Shown one piece after another: positions 10,025 through 19,661 of a DNA stretch of 64,000 nucleotides. The stretch spans positions 736,001 through 800,000 of the forward strand of contig CAXXMB010000002.1 in the NCBI GenBank assembly GCA_963668675.2. Direction: 5' to 3'. The notes under the pieces were generated by a model. That model was not told where the DNA came from. It did no database searches and was given only the letters and a program-made list of their open reading frames with translations. Source of the DNA: an uncultured Desulfatitalea sp. (lineage in GTDB: Bacteria > Desulfobacterota > Desulfobacteria > Desulfobacterales > Desulfosarcinaceae). The position numbers were made by a program, and so were the translations under genes. The number at the start of each line of letters is the position of its first letter. Within the stretch, counting starts at the first letter, position 1.

Positions 10025-11050
10025 ATGATGAGTCCCTCAGACTACCAAACCAAGATCACTTTCAGCGATGTGGAGCTGTCGCGACAACTGTTTGGCGAAC
10101 ATAACGGCCATTTGCAGCGCATTGCCGAGGCCCTCTCCATCACGATTCAGGCCCGCGGCAATACCACCCATCTGCAGGGTGATGAGATATCCGTTCGATT
10201 GGCCCAGAACCTGATGACCCAGCTCTATGGCCTGCTCAAAGAGCGTTACCCGATCTATGCCAACGATATCGACTACGCCATCCGCATGCTCAGCGCCGAT
10301 GATCGGGCCAAACTGAAAGATATTTTTCTCGATACGGTTTACATCACGGCCAAAAAACTGGCCATCACACCCAAAAGCAGGGCTCAAAAAGAGTATATCG
10401 ATGCCATTCGCCAGCATGACATCGTATTCGGCATCGGGCCGGCCGGCACCGGCAAGACCTATCTGGCCATGGCCATGGCCGTGGCATCCCTCAGCAAAGG
10501 GCAGGTGAGCAGAATCATCCTCACCCGACCGGCTGTCGAAGCAGGCGAGGCCTTGGGGTTTCTGCCTGGAGACCTGGCGGATAAGGTCGACCCCTACCTG
10601 CGGCCGCTTTATGACGCCCTCCACGACATGATGCGTTTTGAAAAGGTAACCAGCCTGATGCAGCAAGGGGTGATCGAAGTGGCACCCATTGCCTTTATGC
10701 GCGGTCGTACGTTAAACGACTCGTTCGTTATATTGGACGAAGCGCAAAACACAACGTCGGAACAGATGAAGATGTTTCTGACACGAATCGGATTCAGTTC
10801 CAAAGCAGTCATTACCGGCGATATCACTCAAATCGATCTCCCCCCCCACAAGACATCGGGGCTGATCGAGGCCAAGGATATTCTTGCCGATATCGGGGGC
10901 ATTGAATTGGTCTTCTTCTCCCAGCGCGATGTGGTGCGCCATCGCCTGGTACAGGAAATCATTCAAGCCTATGAATCGGCATCGCATAAAAAAGCGGTTG
11001 AGGCCAACGCGCTGCAACACCAGACCGCCGAACCGGTTTCCGACAGATAG
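10025..11050 (+). CDS. phoH: PhoH family ATPase
   Basis: GPAGTGKT, LTRPAVEAGE, MRGRT, DEAQN and GDITQIDL motifs. Confidence 0.95.
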   Translation: MMSPSDYQTKITFSDVELSRQLFGEHNGHLQRIAEALSITIQARGNTTHLQGDEISVRLAQNLMTQLYGLLKERYPIYANDIDYAIRMLSADDRAKLKDIFLDTVYITAKKLAITPKSRAQKEYIDAIRQHDIVFGIGPAGTGKTYLAMAMAVASLSKGQVSRIILTRPAVEAGEALGFLPGDLADKVDPYLRPLYDALHDMMRFEKVTSLMQQGVIEVAPIAFMRGRTLNDSFVILDEAQNTTSEQMKMFLTRIGFSSKAVITGDITQIDLPPHKTSGLIEAKDILADIGGIELVFFSQRDVVRHRLVQEIIQAYESASHKKAVEANALQHQTAEPVSDR

Positions 11051-11064
11051 TGTGACGCTTTGCC

Positions 11065-13482
11065 ATGAAGGCCGACAACAAACGCAAAAAAATCTATCCC
11101 GATATTCTGGAAAAGCGGCTCAAGTGGCTGACGCTGGCCTTGGTGACGGCTGTATTTCTTTTCCTGCTGGCCCCCAACCTCGTCCTTCAACCCCACACAT
11201 ACGAGCTTGGCGATATCGCCGAGCACGATATCAAAGCCCCCCGCGATTTCTTCGTAGAGGACCGCGCCGCCACAGATGCAAACCAGCAGAACGCCATCGA
11301 ACAGATATTGACGGTCTATGACCACGATCCAAGGATTGCCAGCCAACTTGCCGAAAAAGTAAATGGCGCCTTTAAACGCATGCGTGAGACGTTGATGGTG
11401 CAGGAGGAGACCCGGACTTCTTTGCCCGACGCCAACGCCACCGAAGTGCAGGCGCCGGTTGACACAGCGGCCGAAGAGCGTCAGAAGGTTGAAAATGCCA
11501 TCATGGCCCAAAAAGAGACCTTCGAGAACATGCTTGGCATCAAGGTGAGCCGCGGGGCATTTCGCCTGCTGATCAACGAATCCTTTGCGCCCGCCATTGC
11601 GGAGACCATCGTGCGCATCATCACCGAAATCCTGAGCAATGGCATCGTTGCCAACAAAGAACTTCTACTCAATGAGGCCGAAAAAGGCATTATCTTGCGC
11701 GACGTGGCCTCCCAGAAGGAGAAGACAGTCTACTCGCTTCGGCAGTACTACGGACCGGACCAGGCCAAAACAATGGTGCGCATTGTTGCCGAACCTCTGG
11801 TCAAAGAGTTCAACTACAACGCGATCAACCTGATCGTCGACTTCAGCCAGCGACTGCTGCCCCCCAATATCTCTTTGAATCGAAACGAAACCGAAAAGCG
11901 CAAAAAGCGGGCCCTGGACGACATCAAGCCGATTCTGTATAAGATCAAAGCCGGAGAAATGCTGCTACGCGAAGGCGAGCGGGTCTCTTCGGTACAACTG
12001 CTTAAGCTGCACGCTCTGGATGACCAGCACGAAGACAAACGCATTCTGACCACCGGTCTGGGTGCGGCTGTTATTCTCATCACCCTTGTTTTCGTTTTGC
12101 ACATCCTCTACTTTCATCAACCTCGCCACACACGGCTCAACACGACAAAAAATCTCTTCTTCATGGCACTGGTGCTGATCGTGGTGATGGTGATGGTGAA
12201 GATCGGCGGCGTCATCGCCGCGTCGCAAATCCTCGACTCTCTCTTCTCCATTCCGAGCACCGCCATCGTTTATGCGATCCCCGTATCAGCCGGCAGCATG
12301 CTGGTCTGCCTCGTGCTGGGATTTGAGATCGCCATCCCGTTCGGCCTGGTATCTGCCGTTTGCGCCAGCCTGCTGATCGGCAGCCGGGTCGACATATTTC
12401 TATACTTTGTCATCCCCAATGCCATGGCTGCCTACTGGGTACAACGCTGCCGGGAACGCAAGGTCGTCATCGCCGCCGGCACCAAAGTGGGGCTGCTCAA
12501 CGTTCTTCTGGCGCTGTCGTTTGGCGTCTACAACTCGAGTTACAGCGGCAACGTACTGCTGTGGGACGGTCTGCTGGCCTTTATCGGCGGCATCAGCGCC
12601 GGCATCGTCACCCTGGGCATCGCGCCCCTGGTGGAGATGGCCTTTCGCTTCACGACGGACATCACCCTGCTTGAGCTGGCCAACCTGGACCGCCCTATCC
12701 TGAGGCGTCTGATGATCGAGGCACCGGGGACCTACCACCACTCGGTCATCGTTGGCTCGCTGGTGGAAGCCGCGGCCACGGAGATCGGCGCCAATCCCCT
12801 GCTGGCCAAAGTATGCGGGTACTATCATGATATCGGCAAGGTAAAAAAGCCGCTCTACTTCATCGAGAACCAAACCAATGGCCGCAACAAACACGACAAA
12901 CTGGCCCCATCCATGTCCAGCCTGATCCTGATTGCCCATGTCAAGGACGGTATCGAAATCGCCCAGAAGCACAAACTGGGGCCGATGATCAGCGATACGA
13001 TCCAGCAGCACCACGGCACCAGCCTGATCCATTACTTCTATGAAAAGGCCAAGCAACTCAAGGGGGACGATGCCGTCAAGATCGACGACTTCCGCTACCC
13101 GGGCCCCAAACCCCAGACCAAAGAGGTGGGCCTGGTCATGCTGGCCGACGTGGTCGAAGCCGCATCGCGCACCCTGGAAAACCCCACCCCAGCCAGGATT
13201 CAGGGACTGGTGCAGCACCTGATCAACAAGGTGTTTTCCGACGGCCAGCTCGACAATTGCGAACTGACGCTCAAAGACTTGCACAGCATCGCCAAAAGCT
13301 TTAATAAAATACTGTACGGCATACACCATCATCGCATCGAATATGCCGATTCCGGCGCCAGAGAGGGCGGCAAGGTAAAAAATGGCAGTACTGATCGACA
13401 ATCAACAGGAAAAACATCCAATCGAGATCCAAACCGTCCAAAAGAGAGCCCAGGCCATCTTAAACGCCTTGGGTTGTCCTGA
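11065..13482 (+). CDS. 7TM-HD membrane phosphohydrolase (PgpH-like)
   Basis: Extracellular domain, about 7 TM segments, APGTYHHS, YHDIGK, QHHGT and LADVVEAA; canonical phoH-HD-ybeY context. Confidence 0.9.
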   Translation: MKADNKRKKIYPDILEKRLKWLTLALVTAVFLFLLAPNLVLQPHTYELGDIAEHDIKAPRDFFVEDRAATDANQQNAIEQILTVYDHDPRIASQLAEKVNGAFKRMRETLMVQEETRTSLPDANATEVQAPVDTAAEERQKVENAIMAQKETFENMLGIKVSRGAFRLLINESFAPAIAETIVRIITEILSNGIVANKELLLNEAEKGIILRDVASQKEKTVYSLRQYYGPDQAKTMVRIVAEPLVKEFNYNAINLIVDFSQRLLPPNISLNRNETEKRKKRALDDIKPILYKIKAGEMLLREGERVSSVQLLKLHALDDQHEDKRILTTGLGAAVILITLVFVLHILYFHQPRHTRLNTTKNLFFMALVLIVVMVMVKIGGVIAASQILDSLFSIPSTAIVYAIPVSAGSMLVCLVLGFEIAIPFGLVSAVCASLLIGSRVDIFLYFVIPNAMAAYWVQRCRERKVVIAAGTKVGLLNVLLALSFGVYNSSYSGNVLLWDGLLAFIGGISAGIVTLGIAPLVEMAFRFTTDITLLELANLDRPILRRLMIEAPGTYHHSVIVGSLVEAAATEIGANPLLAKVCGYYHDIGKVKKPLYFIENQTNGRNKHDKLAPSMSSLILIAHVKDGIEIAQKHKLGPMISDTIQQHHGTSLIHYFYEKAKQLKGDDAVKIDDFRYPGPKPQTKEVGLVMLADVVEAASRTLENPTPARIQGLVQHLINKVFSDGQLDNCELTLKDLHSIAKSFNKILYGIHHHRIEYADSGAREGGKVKNGSTDRQSTGKTSNRDPNRPKESPGHLKRLGLS

Positions 13483-13822
13483 TGGAGAACTGTCGCTGTT
13501 GCTGGTAGATGATCCTTACATCGCCCGGCTCAACGAGATGTATCTGCAACGCCAAGGCCCCACCAATGTCATCGCCTTTCCCATGCGAGAGGGTGAGCAT
13601 GGCGATATTCATCCGGAGCTTTTGGGAGACGTTGTCATCTCCATGGACACCTGCGCCAAAGAGGGGCAACTGGCCGGCTGCGACACCGAAACGCGTTTCT
13701 ACGAACTGATGGTACACGGCATATTGCATCTGTTCGGGTACGACCATATCGATTCGGAAAAGGACGCAGACGTAATGGAAGTCAAGAGCCGTGAAATGCT
13801 ATTGCTGATCAAGGAGGAATAG
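13382..13822 (+). CDS. ybeY: rRNA maturation endoribonuclease YbeY
   Basis: HGILHLFGYDH zinc motif; PTNVIAF; LLGDVVIS. Confidence 0.93.
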   Translation: MAVLIDNQQEKHPIEIQTVQKRAQAILNALGCPDGELSLLLVDDPYIARLNEMYLQRQGPTNVIAFPMREGEHGDIHPELLGDVVISMDTCAKEGQLAGCDTETRFYELMVHGILHLFGYDHIDSEKDADVMEVKSREMLLLIKEE

Positions 13823-13824
13823 AT

Positions 13825-14544
13825 ATGGCCGGTTTGACGGTATTGGTGGATCATATCGCCACATTGCGTGAAGCCATTCAATCCCCCCAACCCGACCCGG
13901 CAGCGGCAGCCGTGTTGGCAGATATGGCAGGTGCCGATGGCATTGGGGTCTACCTGCGTGATGACAGGCGTCACATACAGGAAAGAGATGTGCGCCTTCT
14001 GCGCCAATCGGTCCACAGCCGTCTGGTGCTCTACATGTCGGCAACCTCGGAGATGGTCGGTTTCGCCCTGGATGTCAGGCCCGAACGGGTTGTTCTATTG
14101 CCGTCCGCTGATGAAGATGGCACCATCGAGAGTGGCATGGATGTGATGGTCTACGACAAAGAGATCCTTGAAGTGGTCGATACCCTCCAGTCCAACGGCA
14201 TCAGTGTTGGCGTCACTGTCGATCCGGAACCGAACCAGATCAAGTCAGTCCACCAGATGCGCGCCAATTGGGTCCAGCTCTTCTCCGGAAGATTGGGAGC
14301 GGCCCAATCCGCGACCAGCCAGAGCAAAGAGTGGGATAAAATCGTCGATGCCATCAAGATGGCCCACCGGCTTCGACTGCACGTTGCCGTGGGAGGCGGA
14401 TTAAACTACCGACTGATCAAACTCTTCTCCGGACTGACAGAGATAGACGAATTCAGCCTGGGCAGAAGTATCATCGCAAAAGCCGTGATGGTGGGGATGG
14501 AGAGAGCGGTAAGGGATATGGTAAGCTTGGTTCGTGCCCTGTAA
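13825..14544 (+). CDS. pdxJ: PdxJ (pyridoxine 5'-phosphate synthase) homolog with degenerate active site
   Basis: DHIATLR, PDP, GADGI and DRRHIQ retained; catalytic H/E/H positions substituted (see findings). Confidence 0.8.
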   Translation: MAGLTVLVDHIATLREAIQSPQPDPAAAAVLADMAGADGIGVYLRDDRRHIQERDVRLLRQSVHSRLVLYMSATSEMVGFALDVRPERVVLLPSADEDGTIESGMDVMVYDKEILEVVDTLQSNGISVGVTVDPEPNQIKSVHQMRANWVQLFSGRLGAAQSATSQSKEWDKIVDAIKMAHRLRLHVAVGGGLNYRLIKLFSGLTEIDEFSLGRSIIAKAVMVGMERAVRDMVSLVRAL

Positions 14545-14670
14545 TATTAAACCGGCAATTAAATAGGCCAACCTTTGTCATCCCGGACTTGATCCGGGAT
14601 CCAGGAACGGTCCGGATTCCGGCCTCCGCCGGAATGACGATTGCTAAGGTAATTAATTGCCAGGTTAATA
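14545..14670. mobile_element. MITE/REPIN-like element, family A (126 nt)
   Basis: 18-bp imperfect TIR TATTAAACCGGCAATTAA around the inverted REP pair GTCATCCCGGACTTGATCCGGGATCC...GGATTCCGGCCTCCGCCGGAATGAC. Confidence 0.85.
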
Positions 14671-14735
14671 ACATAGTCCAGCGGCAGGCAAAATAGAACA
14701 AGCCAGGATCCAATTGACGACTCGGGAGAGATGGA

Positions 14736-16316
14736 ATGCGCATCGTAACAGCCAGTGAAATGCAGGCGATGGACCACCGGACCATTGAGGAGGTAGGCAT
14801 TCCCGGCCGAATCCTGATGGAGAACGCCGGCCGTGGCGCGACACGCTTCTTTCTGCAACGGATCTACACCAAAGAGGGGCCTGTGGGCGTCATCGCCGGA
14901 AGAGGCAACAACGGTGGCGACGGGTTTGTGATGGCACGCTATCTCGCCCAACACCATATCGATGTGGAGATCTTCCTGTTGTCCACACAGGACCGCATCG
15001 GCGGCGACGCAGAAACAAACCTCAAGCTGCTCCAGCAGATGCGAATTCCCATCATCGAAATGCCCGACGAAAAGAGCCTTCTCGCCCAGCACCCCCAAAT
15101 GCGCCGGATGCAGTATTGGATCGATGCCATCTTCGGCACCGGACTGAATGCGGATATTCGCGGTCACTATCGCGAGGCGATCGACTTCATCAATAGCCTG
15201 ACGCGCCCCATCTACGCAGTGGATATTCCGTCGGGCCTCAATGCCGACACGGGGAGGCGCTGCGGCACCGCCATCCATGCCGCGGCAACGGCCACCTTTG
15301 GATTCGCAAAAATCGGCCATCTGATCCAGGCGGGAATCGACCAGTGCGGAACGGTCGACATCATCGACATCGGAATTCCGGCAACCACCGCCGAAACGAT
15401 TCCAACCAGGCAGCGACTGATCACCGGCCAAGCCATCCAGCAGATGATCCCGACCAGACGCCCCGACAGCCACAAGGGCGACACCGGCCATGCACTCGTA
15501 ATAGCCGCCTCCCCGGGAAAAACCGGAGCAGCGGCCATGGCCGCAACGGCTGCCTTGCGGGTTGGGGGCGGGCTGGTCACGCTGGCTGTTCCCCAAAACC
15601 TCAACCCACAGTTAGAGACATTGGCCGTGGAAGTCATGACCCTGCCGCTGCCCGAAAATGCGAAAGGCGTGTTGACCGAAGCTGCCTTCGACACAATTTC
15701 AGAAGCCTCCGCTGATAAACGCTGCATCGCCATAGGCCCCGGTTTGGGGATCGATCAGGAGACCAAGACCCTGGTCCATCGTATCGCACAAACCAGCAGC
15801 CTGCCCCTCGTGATCGATGCCGACGGCCTGAACAACCTGGTCGGCCACCTCGATCTCTTGAAAGCGCGCAAGGCACCGACCATCATAACGCCCCACCCGG
15901 GGGAGATGGCCCGCCTGATGGGGTGCGCTTCGTCACAGGTCCAGGCGGACCGGATTGCGGCCGCGCGCGACCTGGCCCTGCAGTACCAAATCCATGTCAT
16001 CCTCAAAGGTGCCCGGACATTGGTCGCGGACCCTGAGGGCTCTGTCTGGATCAATCCGACAGGCAACCCGGGTATGGCCAGCGGCGGGATGGGCGATGTG
16101 CTCACCGGAGCGGTAGCAGGACTGCTGGCCCAGGGGTGCCCCCCCCTGGACGCTTCTGTCGCCGCCGTTTACCTACACGGCCTGTCAGCCGATATGCTGG
16201 CAACCGAAACATCGAGAGGCTTCCTGGCCACGGAGGTGATGAACACCCTGCCCCAGGCCGTCCAGAGCGCACTCTCCGCCCCCTTACCACCGATTTTAAA
16301 CGGCCCCTGGCTCTAA
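14736..16316 (+). CDS. nnr: Bifunctional NAD(P)H-hydrate epimerase/dehydratase
   Basis: LMENAG, GNNGGDG, DAIFGTG, DIPSG, HKG, TPHPGE and GGMGDVLTG motifs. Confidence 0.95.
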   Translation: MRIVTASEMQAMDHRTIEEVGIPGRILMENAGRGATRFFLQRIYTKEGPVGVIAGRGNNGGDGFVMARYLAQHHIDVEIFLLSTQDRIGGDAETNLKLLQQMRIPIIEMPDEKSLLAQHPQMRRMQYWIDAIFGTGLNADIRGHYREAIDFINSLTRPIYAVDIPSGLNADTGRRCGTAIHAAATATFGFAKIGHLIQAGIDQCGTVDIIDIGIPATTAETIPTRQRLITGQAIQQMIPTRRPDSHKGDTGHALVIAASPGKTGAAAMAATAALRVGGGLVTLAVPQNLNPQLETLAVEVMTLPLPENAKGVLTEAAFDTISEASADKRCIAIGPGLGIDQETKTLVHRIAQTSSLPLVIDADGLNNLVGHLDLLKARKAPTIITPHPGEMARLMGCASSQVQADRIAAARDLALQYQIHVILKGARTLVADPEGSVWINPTGNPGMASGGMGDVLTGAVAGLLAQGCPPLDASVAAVYLHGLSADMLATETSRGFLATEVMNTLPQAVQSALSAPLPPILNGPWL

Positions 16317-16329
16317 TGGGGCGAATAAC

Positions 16330-16809
16330 ATGACATATGAACTTGTCACCTGTAATCCGGAGCAGACCCGGGATCTGGGGAGCCGACTGGGGCGACGCAT
16401 CCAAGGTGGGCTGACCATCAGGCTCAACGGAGACCTTGGCAGTGGCAAAACATGCTTTGTCCAGGGACTGGCGCGCGGCCTGGAGGTCCCCGAGGATTAC
16501 GACATCACCAGTCCGACCTATGCGCTGATCCACGAATACCCCGGCCGCATTCCCCTCTACCATGTCGATCTCTACCGCCTCAGGGGAAGCATGGATGCTG
16601 AATCGGTCGGCCTCTGGGAGCTGTTCGATATGGAGGCCGTCGTGGCCGTCGAGTGGGAAGAACGACTCGACGAATCCGACTGGCCCGAAACCGGACTGAG
16701 AATCGAGTTACGCATCGCAGACGATGCCAAAAGGCGCATCCGCCTATTTGGATATGGACTTGAATCGGACAATTTGATAAGGGAGACGGTCGAAAATTGG
16801 AACCCGTGA
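16330..16809 (+). CDS. tsaE: tRNA t6A biosynthesis ATPase TsaE
   Basis: GDLGSGKT, SPTY, HVDLYRL and VEW motifs. Confidence 0.95.
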   Translation: MTYELVTCNPEQTRDLGSRLGRRIQGGLTIRLNGDLGSGKTCFVQGLARGLEVPEDYDITSPTYALIHEYPGRIPLYHVDLYRLRGSMDAESVGLWELFDMEAVVAVEWEERLDESDWPETGLRIELRIADDAKRRIRLFGYGLESDNLIRETVENWNP

Positions 16810-16880
16810 TGAGGTTCGGGCGACCCGCCCTATCACCATAAGGGGTCGCTTAAACAACTCTGCTCTTCAAAGGAAATTCT

Positions 16881-18101
16881 ATGGCGATAGTCGTCCAGAA
16901 ATATGGCGGCACCTCGGTGGCCGACATCGAACGCATCAACAATGTGGCTCGCCGGGTGGCCAAGACCTATGACCAGGGCAACGAGGTGGTCGTCATTTTA
17001 TCGGCCATGGCCGGTGTGACCGACGGTCTCATCGAACTTGCCCACAAAGCCTCGACAGAACCGGACAAGCGGGAGATGGATGTCCTGCTGTCCACCGGTG
17101 AACAGACCACGGCCGCCCTGCTGGCCATGATGCTCAAAAACAGGGGATACCGGGCACAATCCATGTTGGGCCACCAGGCCGAGGTGGTCACCGATTCGGC
17201 CTATGGCAATGCGCGTATCCTTGAAATTGGCGCCAAGCAGTTGCAGAGACTTATCACCAACCGTACCATCGTCGTGGTAGCCGGCTTTCAAGGCTACGAC
17301 ATCAAAGGCAACATCACCACCCTCGGCCGGGGCGGCTCGGACACATCGGCCGTTGCCATCGCAGCAGCGATCAATGCGGATGTTTGTGAAATCTATACCG
17401 ATGTGAACGGCATCTACACCGCCGACCCCAACATCTGCCCCAAAGCGCGCAAGCTCAACTCGATCTCATACGATGAGATGCTCAACATGGCCAGCCTGGG
17501 CGCCAAGGTGTTGCAGATCCGCTCGGTGGGATTCGCCAAAAAGTACAACATCCCCGTACATGTACGTTCATCTTTCAGCGAGGAGGAAGGCACCATGGTG
17601 GTCAACGAGGATTCGGGAATGGAGCAACTGTTGGTTTCCGGCGTGTCGCACGACAAAAATCAGGCCCGCATCACCATCACCAAAGTGCCCGACCAACCGG
17701 GAATAGCGGCAAAAATCTTCTCTCCGCTTTCCGAAGATGACATCGTCGTGGATATGATCATTCAGAACACGCGCCAGGGCGGCAAAACGGATATGACCTT
17801 TACGGTTCCCAAGGGCGATTTCAAACGGACGATGGAGATTACCCAAAAAGTCGCCGCCGAAATCAACGCAGAAGAGGTGATGGGCGACACCAACATCGCC
17901 ATGGTTTCAGCTATCGGCGTAGGTATGAAGAACCACTCCGGCGTCGCCTCGGTCATGTTCAACACCCTCGCCCGAGAAGGCATCAACATCACGATGATCA
18001 GCACCTCCGAAATCCGGATCTCATGCGTCATCGAAGAGAAGTACACCGAACTGGCCGTGCGCGTGCTGCACACCGCCTTCGGTCTGGATGATGAAGATTA
18101 G
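16881..18101 (+). CDS. lysC: Aspartate kinase (alpha2beta2 type, two ACT domains)
   Basis: [26 protein letters not shown] and ISTSEI motifs. Confidence 0.96.
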   Translation: MAIVVQKYGGTSVADIERINNVARRVAKTYDQGNEVVVILSAMAGVTDGLIELAHKASTEPDKREMDVLLSTGEQTTAALLAMMLKNRGYRAQSMLGHQAEVVTDSAYGNARILEIGAKQLQRLITNRTIVVVAGFQGYDIKGNITTLGRGGSDTSAVAIAAAINADVCEIYTDVNGIYTADPNICPKARKLNSISYDEMLNMASLGAKVLQIRSVGFAKKYNIPVHVRSSFSEEEGTMVVNEDSGMEQLLVSGVSHDKNQARITITKVPDQPGIAAKIFSPLSEDDIVVDMIIQNTRQGGKTDMTFTVPKGDFKRTMEITQKVAAEINAEEVMGDTNIAMVSAIGVGMKNHSGVASVMFNTLAREGINITMISTSEIRISCVIEEKYTELAVRVLHTAFGLDDED

Positions 18102-18136
18102 CCGCTCCAATAAACGTATATCGAATCGCACCTGAA

Positions 18137-18238
18137 ATGAAAGTGCCCCAATTCAGTCCCGATCAATTGCTGATAGTGCTTCTGGTAGGGTTGGTAATGG
18201 CAGGCCTCGCCCTGTGGCGCTTTTTTACACTCTATTGA
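18137..18238 (+). CDS. Putative 33-aa single-pass membrane protein (below the ORF-track cutoff)
   Basis: MKVPQFSPDQLLIVLLVGLVMAGLALWRFFTLY*, 35 nt after the lysC stop; no strong RBS. Confidence 0.5.
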   Translation: MKVPQFSPDQLLIVLLVGLVMAGLALWRFFTLY

Positions 18239-18284
18239 AACGGCGTCTTTTACTCCTCCTATCTCCCGCCAAGATACTTCTACT

Positions 18285-18410
18285 TATTAAACCGGCAATT
18301 AAATAGGCCAACCTTTGTCATCCCGGACTTGATCCGGGATCCAGGAACGGTCTGGATTCCGGCCTCCGCCGGAATGACGATTGCTAAGGTAATCAATTGC
18401 CGGGTTAATA
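18285..18410. mobile_element. MITE/REPIN-like element, family A (126 nt)
   Basis: Three differences from the copy at 14545-14670. Confidence 0.85.
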
Positions 18411-18462
18411 ATAGTCGTTACGGCTTAATTTACGTTTATTTTCTTGTTAACCTGCACACGGA

Positions 18463-18643
18463 GGTGAGTCCAGCGGGTGGTAAGGCACCTCGTCAGCATC
18501 GCATGTTAGTGCCGCTTTGCGGCAGTGGAGGATCAGCGGCCCGGACTGTTTGAGCGCAAGCGAGTTTCCGGGCCGCCCGGAACGGGCGCTTAGCGGCACT
18601 TGCATGCGTTTGCGTGAGGTGCTGACCACCCGCTGGACTCACC
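18463..18643. repeat. Long rod-hairpin element, family H, copy 1
   Basis: Perfect 19-bp outer arms GGTGAGTCCAGCGGGTGGT/ACCACCCGCTGGACTCACC; core ACTGTTTGAGCGCAAGCGAGTTT. Confidence 0.8.
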
Positions 18644-18661
18644 GGTTCCTTACCATTGAAT

Positions 18662-19405
18662 TTATTTTCCCAACGCCTGATCAATCTCATCGGCAATGCG
18701 TCCGGCGGCGGCCACAGGATCGGCCGCATCCCGGATAGGACGGCCAACGACGATATAATCGGCGCCCCGTCGAACCGCCATGGCCGGTGTCACCACCCGA
18801 CGTTGATCGTCCTTTTTCCCGGCCCCCCACTCCGGCCGAATCCCCGGCGTAACCGCCAAGAACCCCTTTCCAGTCCGCGCCTTAATGGTCTCGGCCTCAA
18901 AGCCCGAACAGACGACTCCGGCGCAACCGGCCGCTTTGGCCATATCGGCCTTGAGCATCACCAGACGATGGGGTTCATCGACCAACTCCTGGCGATATCC
19001 CACTCCCGCCAGGTCCCTACTCGAAACGCTCGTCAATACCGTTACCCCCAATACACCCACCTCGCCCTGGCTGCCCCTGACCGCAGCCTCGAGCATGCGG
19101 AGACTCTCGCCGCAGTGCACTGTGACCAGTTCCACCCCCAACGTTGCGATGCGCGCCATGGCCCGTTCGACCGTCGTGGGGATGTCGTGCAGCTTCAGAT
19201 CGAGAAAAACAGGCGCACCGGCACTATCGGTCACCCATCTGACCAGAGATGGCCCACAGCTGATAAACAACTCCAGGCCAACCTTAAACATGCCGACATG
19301 ACCGCTCAGTCGGGAAACCAGATCCTTGGCCTGCTCGGTCGAAGGCACATCCAATGGAAAAACGATATAATCTTTACCTTTTTTCGACATCAATCGATTC
19401 CACAC
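18662..19405 (-). CDS. pyrF: Orotidine 5'-phosphate decarboxylase
   Basis: FKVGLEL, DLKLHDIPTT, VTVLTS, TPGIR and VVGRPI motifs; start may be a few codons later. Confidence 0.96.
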   Translation of the reverse strand: MWNRLMSKKGKDYIVFPLDVPSTEQAKDLVSRLSGHVGMFKVGLELFISCGPSLVRWVTDSAGAPVFLDLKLHDIPTTVERAMARIATLGVELVTVHCGESLRMLEAAVRGSQGEVGVLGVTVLTSVSSRDLAGVGYRQELVDEPHRLVMLKADMAKAAGCAGVVCSGFEAETIKARTGKGFLAVTPGIRPEWGAGKKDDQRRVVTPAMAVRRGADYIVVGRPIRDAADPVAAAGRIADEIDQALGK

Positions 19406-19661
19406 CCTGTTTTAGATGTCCATCAATCCCTCTTCGTCCGATGGCCCGCTACAGGCGAAACCGGAACACCTCCTGGTCGCAACAGCATTGCCCAAAGGCA
19501 TTTGGCAACCCGACGGGTAAAACAAATTGAATTTTCGCACAAAATTGTGGTATTTAGCAATATAGTTAATTTTCATCAAACATTTCTTTAGTGAGCTGAA
19601 GAGATCCACCACAGCCGGCAACGAAACGTGGTGGACAAAATCATATAAGATCGGAAAACAG

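Noticed and set aside
12400..13401. 333-aa minus-strand ORF
   Set aside because: Antisense to the conserved HD domain
14559..15596. 345-aa minus-strand ORF, and other short ORFs containing VIPA.AGI / RIKSGMT peptides
   Set aside because: Shadow of nnr and translations of the REP/MITE repeats; not genes
18656..19591. 311-aa plus-strand ORF
   Set aside because: Antisense to pyrF
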